The position numbers were made by a program, and so were the translations under genes. A stretch of DNA of 64,000 nt from Eledone cirrhosa (Eukaryota), in NCBI GenBank assembly GCA_964016885.1, contig OZ024745.1, positions 83,266,001 to 83,330,000 of the forward strand, in the 5' to 3' direction. Below the pieces are notes generated by a model. That model made no database searches, was not told where the DNA came from, and was given only the letters and a program-made list of their open reading frames with translations. Position 1 is the first letter of the stretch; each line of letters opens with the position of its first letter. This document shows positions 50,128 through 61,000 of the stretch, piece by piece.

Positions 50128-50618
50128 ATATAATCAAGGTTTAGCAAATAAGAAAAAGTTTCAAAATAAATTTTAAAAAATTAACTTTACTTACTATAGT
50201 TACCTTTACCGAATCGGTTTCGAGTCTCAAAAATAAACGGAGTCCATACGGCATCCGTTGCAAAGAAAAACTCTCGTCAGAAGGATATTTTCATTCGAAG
50301 AATATAAAATTCCCGAATTCAAATTACGAACTGGTGCTATTTAAAATTGTTCCCGAGATGAGAGTAAATGAAGTGTCCACTTCATTTACTCTCATCTCGG
50401 GAACAATTTTAAATAGCACCAGTTCGTAATTTGAATTCGGGAATTTTATATTCTTCGAATGAAAATATCCTTCTGACGAGAGTTTTTCTTTGCAACGGAT
50501 GCCGTATGGACTCCGTTTATTTTTGAGACTCGAAACCGATTCGGTAAAGGTAACTATAGTAAGTAAAGTTAATTTTTTTAAATTTATTTTGAAACTTTTT
50601 CTTATTTGCTAAACCTTG

Positions 50619-50625
<7 letters not shown>
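50128..50625. repeat. ~500-bp near-perfect palindrome (arms ~248 bp, 2-bp spacer at ~50376)
   Basis: ...GAGAGTAAATGAAGTG-TC-CACTTCATTTACTCTC.... The arms match out to TATAATCAAGG / CCTTGATTATA. Confidence 0.93.
50469..50550 (+). ncRNA. Canonical type I hammerhead ribozyme (mirror copy on - strand at 50203-50284)
   Basis: CCTT-CTGACGA-GAGTTTT...GAGACTC-GAAA-CCG ATT CGG-TA-AAGG. All three stems pair and the core is intact. Confidence 0.85.
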
Positions 50626-50688
<63 letters not shown>

Positions 50689-50728
50689 AAGATAATAATA
50701 AATGGAAACTATATTTATAAAACCATAT

Positions 50729-50792
50729 TTATTTTATTATATATATTTCAAGGGCGACCAAGCAAATTTTGGTGCGCTTTCATCAGATAAAA
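50729..50792 (-). ncRNA. Minimal type I hammerhead ribozyme
   Basis: Reverse complement TATTTTAT-CTGATGA-AAGCGCACCAA..TTGGTCGCCCTT-GAAA-TATATA-TA-ATAAAATA. Confidence 0.75.
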
Positions 50793-50871
50793 TACAAAAT
50801 TTATTTCATAAATAATGACATACCCATGGAAATCCCACCTTAACGGTCCGAAAATTCGCTGGATATATTCG

Positions 50872-50927
<56 letters not shown>

Positions 50928-51087
50928 AAGAGAATAAAAGGATGTGAATAGAATAATTTACTGCATTCATAGACCCTATATTTTGAAATATAAGGAGATA
51001 GAATAAGTTAATATTCAATAGGTGTCGAACGTTCTACGTAATAGAGATGATGCATACCTGTAATTCAAAGATATCTACTAGAACTTA

Positions 51088-51235
51088 GGCGGCGAAATGG
51101 CTGGGTCATTGGAACGTCGGATAGGATAGAATGCTTTACGGAATTCGTTCCGGCGCGCTGCGCTCTAAGATCAAACAAAAGCTGTTGAGGTCAAATTTGC
51201 CTTTAATTCTTTCGAGGCTTTTAAAGTACCAATCT
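51088..51235 (+). mobile_element. Degenerate SINE copy
   Basis: GGCGGCGAAATGGC head and GAGGTCAAATTTGCCTTTAATTCTTTCGAGG core remnant. Confidence 0.5.
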
Positions 51236-51802
51236 AGCAATGGTGGTTAATTTTTTCACTATATGTCTTTCTCACTTCCTCTTCTTCCCTTGTTCAGACT
51301 TGGAGAGGTATAAAAATTACCCAAGACTCCGTATGTCACTATGGCGCTCCTACGACTTCATCTCTTTAGAGTTACGGGTCCATACATACATACTGGTACT
51401 TACACGTACTGTTCTTTACTGTTCTATCTATAAACGAGTGTAAATATTTTAGAAATCAATATAAATATTTTCTGTTAGTGCTTCAAAGACGACGAAAGTA
51501 GTTCTACAATATCAGTAATATGTATTTTACGCCTACATTTAACACACCACTGCTTTCAATCATTTGAACCAGCATGATTATTCACGTTTCACATTTTCAA
51601 CAAAGAAAAAGATTTTTATTCCCTAGGTTACGCGTATTTAGTGATTGTATTGTTTTATTTGCAAATGATAAACAATTGTGGGACAGGTTACACGTTTTCA
51701 ACGAACCGATGGCTTTTATATCCGGTGTTAGCGACAACTGAGCGTTTGTATCTTGGTGCAGAACAAATATTTTAAAAACGACGTCGTGAAGGTAAATCAA
51801 TG

Positions 51803-51855
<53 letters not shown>

Positions 51856-51980
51856 TGTATATATAGTGTATTTTGCAATACACTGCATGCTTAATTAAAA
51901 GCATTTCGAAGACCTTACCCTATTGTTTTAGAGTAGTGACAGTCTCACTTACTTTAATTTTCAGCAAACAGGGGAGATAA

Positions 51981-52025
51981 AGCTGACAGAGCCTTGTTTC
52001 GCACTTTTTGGTGCTTATCAAAGCT
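51981..52025 (-). ncRNA. Type I hammerhead, U3-A8 core variant, within a ~290-bp foldback (51859-52140)
   Basis: Reverse complement AGCT-TTGATAA-GCAC CAAAAA GTGC-GAAA-CA AGGCTC TG-TC-AGCT. Confidence 0.65.
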
Positions 52026-52473
52026 AAGTACTCCTCCTGTTTGCTGAAAATCAATGAATTTGTGACTCTTACATAATTCTAGTTATAATCAATGATTTTA
52101 ATTAAGCATACAGTGTATTGCAAGATACACTATATATATATTAATATATATATCGCTATTTCAGAGCACCAATTCTAATTTTCACTTTCTACTTGACCCC
52201 CAACCGCTCTGTATAATTAGTTCCTGATTATTACTAGAATTCTATAAGAATCAAACATTCATGATTTGCAGCAAACATATATCGCTATTTCAGAGCACCA
52301 ATTCTTATATATATATATATATATATATTATCTTCGATTTTTTCCGTTCTCTTTGCCAGGGAACCTCTCTACGAACCAAAGTATCGTCTTTCTGTCTTCC
52401 TTCGGCTGCAACGCTTTTCGAAATATTTACTTCTGCGTTCACAGATTGATTTTTTTAGTTTCAGAAGCTCCTG

Positions 52474-52529
<56 letters not shown>

Positions 52530-52533
<4 letters not shown>

Positions 52534-53164
52534 AAATGGGGAGAAGAATACTGCAGGTTGCACATGGATAACATGTTATAAAATGAGTCCCTCATCAGTG
52601 ATTTGCCAACGGTCATAGATATTTCATTGCATTAAAAATCATATACCTCACGTTGGTGCAATAATAACTAAATTAAGTTATTAGGACAATTATAACGCGT
52701 AAAGCGAGTGAGACAAGTAACAACAAAGAGGAAAGCTAACCGTAGATAGGAAGAGGCACAAGCTACATAGTTATTCTATCAGCATAAGTTGGGTGAATAT
52801 ATGAGCGCGTAGAAAATAGACCTTTCGAGATGAATCCAATGTAAGAAAGAAGGAAATTGTTTTCGTCGCGAACGGGGTGAAGTGAGAAGGGGAGAAACAG
52901 TGAGTGAGTGAGTGGAAGTGTGAGGAAGAGGTCAGTAGAGAGAAAGTGTTAACTGACATGACAGAGGGGGTGAAAGAAAATAAGAGAAACAGAGAGAACG
53001 AGGGAGCAGTAAGAGAGAGAGAGAGTGAAAAACAGAATCGCAGTTTAGGTAAATATATGTGAAAAAATGGGGAGAAGAATACTGCAGGTTGCACATGGAT
53101 AACATGTTATAAAATGAGTCCCTCATCAGTGATTTGCCAACGGTCATAGATATTTCATTGCATT
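52530..53164. repeat. Pair of identical ~104-bp direct repeats (52530-52633, 53061-53164), pLTR-like, flanked by (TA)n
   Basis: GAAAAAATGGGGAGAAG...ATTTCATTGCATT occurs twice. Confidence 0.85.
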
Positions 53165-53439
53165 ATATATATGAGAATATTTAATGTTTCTGAGATCCCC
53201 TCTTGTCTATTTTATTTTATTCCTTCCTCATTGCTTGCTATAACCTATCACTTCTACGGGTCAACACGCTTCTAAACGTTGTTGTCTATCCTTGGAGGAA
53301 AAGTTAACCCAAATTCGCCATTGACGGGATTTTGCTGTCTTAACAGCTTCCTTGCTCTGAGTTCTTCCCATTACTCTAAGAATTTATATATATAAATATA
53401 TATATATATACACATATATATATGTGTGTGTGTATGTGC

Positions 53440-53441
<2 letters not shown>

Positions 53442-53530
<89 letters not shown>
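53442..53530. repeat. (TG)n microsatellite
   Basis: Directly visible. Confidence 0.97.
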
Positions 53531-53534
<4 letters not shown>

Positions 53535-53566
53535 ATATCTATATATGTATATCTATATTTGTATAT

Positions 53567-54386
53567 ATGGGGATTGTCCCAAAAGTACAAAAGTAACGAT
53601 ACTGATTTCCCTTCGTATATAGGCGTGTTGGTTATGATCTTGGATGCACATATATACTTGTTTCAGCATGATCCATTAAGCCAGTCGTAAGTTATTGCTC
53701 TTTATATACAGACGTGTTTATAAACTCTGTTATGTTTTGTGTGAAACTCAACAAATCTGCCACAAGCTTTAACACAAGCTTATGGAGATGGCACACTATT
53801 AAGAAGTAAGGTTTTTGAAGTAGCACAAAGCTTTGAAAGAATGCCAAGAAAATATTGTCGAACTTCATTGTAGGAGGTCAATCTTGTCAACAAATGAACA
53901 AAATCTGAAAATGGTGTGAGCAGTGATGGTGAAAGATCTCCAATTAAGGGTTAGGATGACTACAGAAGAAACGGGCTTGGATAAAATTGCAGTTCACAAA
54001 ATGTTAACAGACCATTTGCACATGCCGAAAATTTGTGAAAAACCAATGCCCATAACACACTACTTTCAATTAGAGAATTTATATTTAAGAAAAACGTTCC
54101 ACACCCTCTCTACAGCATTTATCTAGTTCCATGTAATTTCTACCTCTTCCCTAAGTTGAAATCGAATTTTCAGATTGTGAAATGCATACAAAAAATTGTA
54201 ACTAACAAGCGAAAGATACTCACAGAAAATGATTTCCGCTACCGCTATAAGCAATGTAAAAAACGTTGGAAACACTGTGGTACTTCCCATGGGTCGTATT
54301 TGGAACGAGATAACTTGTAATTTCATGTACGACTAATACATCTGTAAATGAAACTTCAGTGCCCTTACTTTAGGACAAACGTCGTA
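53567..54386 (+). mobile_element. Internally deleted mariner-family DNA transposon relic
   Basis: Degenerate TIRs (GATTGTCCCAAAAGTA / TACTTTAGGACAAACGTCG-TA). Transposase remnants FCVKLNKSAT, AYGD..L.RSKVFE and VHKMLTDHLHMPKIC. Confidence 0.75.
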
Positions 54387-54608
54387 TATATTGTTATGTT
54401 ATAAAAATGTTGTCAAATCAGAGTTGCGTAGGCAACTCACAAATCAGTGAACGATGGTACTAGACCAGAATCCAGCAAATAAGATAATGTATTAGGCTGA
54501 ATAGAACACTGTGATCATGCAAACACCAACATCTCAGAAACATGTATCAAATCTGGTTATGAATAAATGAATTATGAATATCCACATCTGACCTCCTTAG
54601 CAATAATC

Positions 54609-54645
<37 letters not shown>

Positions 54646-54754
54646 TTATTATGTCTACGCAGTAAATAAAATATATATTATTATGGATAAGGAATTAATC
54701 TTGGTACACTGTAATTTCACCTGCGCACTTACAGGATCATAATATAAGACTGTT

Positions 54755-54798
54755 TTGTCTGATGATACTGTGAAAGTGCACGTGAAATAGTATCACAA
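54755..54798 (+). ncRNA. Putative minimal type I hammerhead
   Basis: TTGT-CTGATGA-T ACTGTG..CACG T-GAAA-TAGTA-TC-ACAA. Stems II and III are weak. Confidence 0.45.
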
Positions 54799-54968
54799 TA
54801 CTAAATGGTTGTTTAAACTCTACTTCAGTAGTGAATATACTTTTCTCTCGACTGTCCAAGTACGTAGGGATACACACACACACACAAACACACACACATA
54901 TATATACACGTTTATACACACAGACATACATGCCAACATACATACACGCACATTTATATATATATATG

Positions 54969-55045
<77 letters not shown>

Positions 55046-55047
<2 letters not shown>

Positions 55048-55573
55048 TAGCAGTGGTACCCGGCGTTGCATGGGATAAGGTATTTTGGAACGCGGCCTTC
55101 CAACAGACCTAATCGTGGAAAAACTGCAAGCCTGGACAATATGTAAAGAAAATAAACCGAATACTCTGATGGCTGGATAATCTTTAACATTTTCCTCGAT
55201 GAAGCAGGGAAAATGCAGGTTTTCAACTAATGTGGGCACTAGGGGATCAAGGAAATGAATTTTTTTTATGTGCATAATATGCCTTGAAATTTCGGGGAAA
55301 TCGGCTAGACGTAACGCCTCCAAAAAGCCCTAAAATCTGAAAAAATGAAGTTTTTCACCTAGTGCGGGCCCTATGCCATAAGAAAATTGGATTTTCTTTG
55401 CTTACGGTATGAAGAAGAGACTGACTAATACATAGTTACAATTCCAAGGAAATCGGTCTGACGTAACACCTAAAAAAAACCCTAAAGAAATTTAAAAAGG
55501 CAGTTTTTCACCTAATGCGGGCCCTCGGTTGGGTACGTCTCACGTTTTAGGGATTCAAACTCACAAACTCACA

Positions 55574-55612
<39 letters not shown>

Positions 55613-56378
55613 CCTCAGGGAAGTTACGTAATGCAGACAGTCAGACATACAGACAGATATTATAAGAGCGCGACGTTATATGTATGTATCTATCTAAAAA
55701 GAGAAAGAATAAGAATTATAGAGCGACATCGCTAAATCGCCTAATGCGATCCCTAGGGTATTGAACATTTGAATTTCTTTTTGCTTAGAACACTCCCTGA
55801 AACATAATTATTACATGTGTAGAGTTTGAAAACAGTCGGTTGGGTGGTTCTCGAGTTTTAGGGATTCGAACTCACACACACAGACAGACATCCTCAGTTT
55901 TATATATATATAGACTAGCAGAAAACCGCCCACGGGTGGTTTTCTGCTAGTATATATATATATTACACACACAGAAATGTATATATATTTCTGTGTGTAT
56001 ATATATATATATTTCTGTGTGTGTATATATATATATATATATTACACACACACAGAAATGTATATATGTTTCCGTAGCACTCCTCAATTCCCCCCTCTCT
56101 CCCTTCCACTATCACTCTCTTGTAGTCTGTATCTTTCTTTCACTCTCACCCTCTCTCTACGCGTGCGCAAAAAACATTCGCACGCGCGCACGTGTTTTAG
56201 CGTCTATTCACTCTCTCTCTCTCCCTCTCTCCCTCCCGCTATCCCCCTCTCGTAGTCTGTCTCTTTCTTTCACTCTCACTCTCTCTCTACGCGTGCGCAA
56301 AAAACATTCGCATGCGCGCACGTGTTTCCACTGTCGGACAGACAGATAGAGAAATTGCTGGTTATATATTATAAGGAG
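55046..56378 (+). mobile_element. Tandem non-autonomous Helitron/Helentron-like elements
   Basis: 5' ACTAGC...CCCGGCGTTGCATGGG, internal subrepeats (TTTTCACCTA(A/G)TGCGGGCCCT), (CA)n/ACAG microsatellite and 3' TTTTATATATATAGA. A second ACTAGC start at ~55914 forms a palindrome. Confidence 0.45.
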
Positions 56379-56390
56379 ATATATATATAA

Positions 56391-56819
56391 TATTAATAAA
56401 TGGAAACTATCTTTATAAAGCCATATTTATTTTATTATACATATTTATTTTATTATATATATTTGAGTTCAAATCCCTTCGAGGTTAACTTTGCCTTTCA
56501 TCCTTACGGGGTCGATAAAATAAAGTACCAGTAATGTACTGGGTAATTGCTGGCCTTGTGCCAAAAGTCGAAACAATTATATATATTTCAAGGGTACCAA
56601 AATATTTTGGTACACTCTCATCAGATAAAATACAAAAGTTGTTTTATAGATGGTAACATATTCAAGAACAAGAACTTATCGTTTTAACAGAACTTAAAAC
56701 GATAAGTTCTTGTTCTTGAATATGTCACTATCTATAAAACAACTTTTGTATTTTATCTGATGAGAGTGTACCAAAAGATTTTGCTATGGTTTTATAAAGA
56801 TAGTTTCCATTTATTAATA
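56391..56819. repeat. Hammerhead-bearing pLTR-like foldback interrupted by a SINE
   Basis: 56391-56425 pairs with 56785-56819, and 56598-56685 pairs with 56695-56780. Paralogous to 50690-50810. Confidence 0.8.
56465..56575 (+). mobile_element. 5'-truncated SINE with 13-bp TSD
   Basis: Runs from B box through tail. TSD ATTATATATATTT at 56452-56464 and 56576-56588. Confidence 0.88.
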
Positions 56820-56915
56820 CTATTGATATTATAGTCGAGAAGAATACTGTAGAGTGCTTCGAATCTGTTATAAATAAATTTGTTGAATAGCCAACAAATT
56901 AAATAACTCTTTGCT

Positions 56916-56954
<39 letters not shown>

Positions 56955-57037
56955 ATATATATATGTATAAATAAATAAGACAAATATGTAAAATTTGGCT
57001 TCGTTTATTATAAATTATAAATTTACTTCTCTCTCTC

Positions 57038-57133
<96 letters not shown>

Positions 57134-57188
57134 CACAAAGCAGGCTTTCCTTAGAAACGGGTAGCGAATTTGGAAATTAGATAGAGAG

Positions 57189-57530
57189 TAACATGTTAAC
57201 GTCATATTTGAATAAATAGAATTAGTCTGTTAGTTGGGATTTTAAAAAAAACCTCTGAATGGAAAAAAAGGATGAGTTTTGATGTACATAGGACAAGAAT
57301 CCTCATCTTTGGTTTGCCGGACCAATGTATACCAATACACCGACATGCCATGGTTATATAGCTTCTAATTGAATGGAAGGAAGCATGGTTGGCGTGTTGG
57401 TGTAATGGCAATACATTGGTACGGTAAACCAAACATGTAGTTTCGTGTCCCATGTACGTCAATTCTCATCCCCTTTTTTTCCAACTAACAGACTAATTTT
57501 ATTTAGTCAAATACAGCGTAAGTATATGTT
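57189..57530. repeat. Imperfect ~340-bp foldback (MITE/pLTR-like)
   Basis: Nested pairings: AATTAGTCTGTTAGTTGG / CCAACTAACAGACTAATT, GGATGAG..TGTACATAGGACA / TGTCCCATGTACG..CTCATCC, and TGGTTTGCCGGACCAATGTA / TACATTGGTACGGTAAACCA. Confidence 0.8.
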
Positions 57531-57701
57531 ACCATATATATATATATAAGGAAAAGAAATTGAAAATGCAAATGGAGTTACCTAGTAAATAAATAAATAT
57601 ACTTAAAAGACTCCAGTTGCATTTTCAATTTCTTAGCGTTATATATATATATATATATAAGGCTATGTGAGAAAAATCACAGACCCTCCATCTCAACTCT
57701 A

Positions 57702-57737
57702 CTTTTGAAAAGCAGAAGAACTGCGAAACCGGTAAAG
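57702..57737 (+). ncRNA. Minimal type I hammerhead, U3-A8 core variant
   Basis: CTT-TTGAAAA-GCAG AAGAA CTGC-GAAA-CCGG-TA-AAG. Confidence 0.55.
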
Positions 57738-57872
57738 GAACCAAATAAATATATATATTTTTTCAAAAAAAGACTCAAGTTGCATTTCCGTTTTCATCTT
57801 TTTTCCTTATACTTTCACTCGTGTAAGAAACCTCGGTTATTTTTCATTTTGTAAAAAAAAACCTTCACTTTC

Positions 57873-58050
57873 TAATAATTGTTTCTACATTAAGCACAAG
57901 GTCAGCAATTACCCAGTGCATTACAGGTACTTTAATTTATCGACCCCGTAAGGATGAAAGGCAAAGTCAAACTCGGCGGGATTTGAACTCAGATCATAAA
58001 GGGACGTAACTATGCTGGAAAGTATGGTGTCCGAACCTCTACCGAAACTG
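57873..58050 (-). mobile_element. SINE copy truncated within its A box by the satellite
   Basis: Reverse complement of the 22982-23170 family (B box, core, CCTTGTG..GAAACAATTATT). Confidence 0.85.
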
Positions 58051-61000
58051 ATATATAAGTATGTATACGTACATACATATATGTATACAGACGTACAGTA
58101 GTATGTATATATATATACATACATGCACACATATATATATATATATATGTACGTATGGATTCACCGAACATTTATTATAATGCTCGCTGTGTTTGTAAAC
58201 AAACATCTCGTATTAAGCCGTAGTATCTAGCAACCATCGTTGCTCGTTTGTTCAACACTGACAAAGGAACGCTCTACTTTCAAGCTTATTAGCTATTGTC
58301 AGCAAAGTATACCTTCCTGCCAGATGATTGAACGTCTGAAAGTATATACTTTCCTTACGCATATTAACGGCTGAGTAACCCAATTTGCATATCGAGTGGG
58401 TTAATCGGTCGGGTGCACCGAAAACGATAAACGGAAAAAATGAAACGAAATTTCATTTCCCACTATTAGTACGTCTGTTACTTAAATATAAGTATGTATA
58501 CGCACATACATATATGTATACACACGTACAGTAGTATGTATATATATATACATACATGCACACATATATATATGTACGTATGGATTCACCGAACATTTAT
58601 TATAATGCTCGGTGTGTTTGTAAACAAACATCCAGTTTAAGCCGTAGTGTCTAGCAACCATCGTCGCTCGTTTGTTCAACACTGACAAAGGAACGCTGTA
58701 CTAGTTTCAAGCTTATTAGCTATCGTCAGCAACGTATACCTTCCTGCCAGATGATTGAACGTCTGGAAGTATATACTTTGCTTATGCATATTAACGGCTG
58801 AGTAGCGTAGTTTACATATCGAGAGAGTTAATCCGCCGGGTGCACCGAAAACAAAAAATGGAAAAAATGAAACGAAATTTCATTTTCCACTCTTAGTACG
58901 GCTGTTGCTTAAATATAAGTATGTATACGCACATACATATATGTATACAGACGTATAGTAGTATGTATATATATATACATACATGCACACATATATATAT
59001 ATGTACGTATGGATTCACCGAACATTTATTATAATGCTCGGTGTGTTTGTAAACAAACATGCCCTATTAAGCTGTAGTTTCTAGTAACCATCGTTGCTCA
59101 TTTGTTCAACACTGACAAAGGAATGCTGTACTAGTTTCAAGCTTATTAGCTATCGTCAGCAACGTATACCTTCCTGCCAGATGATTGAACGTCTGAAAGT
59201 ATATACTTTTCTTATGGATATTAACGGCTGAGTAGCCCAATTTGCATATCAAGGGTGTTAACCGGCCGGGTGCACCAAAAACAATAAACGGAAAAAATGA
59301 AACGAAATTTCATTTCCCACTCTTAGTACGGCTGTTACTTAAATATAAGTATGTATACGTACATACATATATGTATTCAGACGTACAGTAGTATGTATAT
59401 ATATATACATACATGCACACGTACAGTAATATGTATATATATATATATACATACATGCACACATATATATATGTACGTATGGATTCTGCGAATATTTATT
59501 ATAATGCTTGTTGTGTTTGTAAACAAACATCCCGTATTAAGCCGTAATGTCTAGCAACCTTCGTTGCTCGTTTTTTCAACACTGACAAAGGAAGCTGTGC
59601 TAGTTTCAAGCTTATTAGCTATCGTCAGCAACGTATACCTTCCTGCCAGATGATTGAACGTCTGAAAGTATATACTTTCCTTATGCATATTAACAGCTGT
59701 GTAGCCCAATTTTCATATCGAGTGGGTTAATCGGCCGAGTGCACCGAAAACGATAAACGGAAAAAATGAAACGAAATTTCATTTCCCACTCTTAGTACGG
59801 CTGTTACTTAAATATAAGTATGTATACGTACATACATATATGTATACAAACGTACAGTAGTATGTATATATATATACATACATATATATGTACGTATGGA
59901 TTCAGCGAACATTTATTATAATGCTCGGTGTGTTTGTAAACAAACATCCCGTTTCAACCTAGTGTCTAGCAACCATCGTTGCTCGTTTGTTCAACACTGA
60001 CAAAGGAACGCTGTACTTTCAAGCTTATTAGCTATTGTCAGCAACGTATACCTTCCTGTCAGATGATTGAACGTCTGGAAGTATATACTTTCCTTATGCA
60101 TATTAACGGGTGAGTAGCCTAATTTGCATATCGAGAGAGTCAATCCGCCGGGTGCACCGAAAGCAAAACATGGAAAAAATGAAACGAAATTTCATTTTCC
60201 ACTCTTAGTACGGCTGTTGCTTAAATATAAGTATGTATACGTACATACATATATGTATTCAGACGTACAGTAGTATGTATATATATATACATACATGCAC
60301 ACATATATATATATATACGTATGGATTCACCGAACATTTATTATAATGCTCGGTGTGTTTGTAAACAAACATCCAGTTTAAGCCATAGTGTCTAGCAACC
60401 ATCGTCGCTCGTTTGTTCAACACTGACAAAGGAACGCTGTAATAGTTGCAAGCTTATTAGCTATCGTCAACAACGTATACCTTACTGCCAGATGATTGAA
60501 CGTCAAAAAGGATATACTTTCCTTATGCATATTAACTGCTGAGTAGCCCAATTTGCATATCGAGTGGGTTAATCGGCCGGGTGTACCGAAAACAATAAAC
60601 GGAAAAAATGAAACGAAATTTCCTTTCCCACCCTTAGTACGGCTTTCACGTAAATATAAGTATGTATACGTACATACATATATGTATTCAGACGTACAGT
60701 AGTATGTATATATATATACATACATGCACACATATATATATGTACGTATGGATTCTGCGAATATTTATTATACTGTTCGTTGTGTTTATAAACAAACATC
60801 CCGTATTAAGCCGTAGTGTCTAGCAACCATCGTTGCTCGTTTGTTTAACACTGACCAAGGAACGCTGTACTAGTTTCAAGCTTATTAGCTATCGTCAACA
60901 ACGTATACCTTACTGCCAGATGATTGAACGTCAAAAAGGATATACTTTCCTTATGCATATTAACTGCTGAGTAGCCCAATTTGCATATCCAGTGGGTTAA

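Noticed and set aside
52530-53164. Hammerhead in the 104-bp direct repeats (CTGATGA on - strand)
   Set aside because: No downstream stem II-GAAA arrangement could be paired convincingly.
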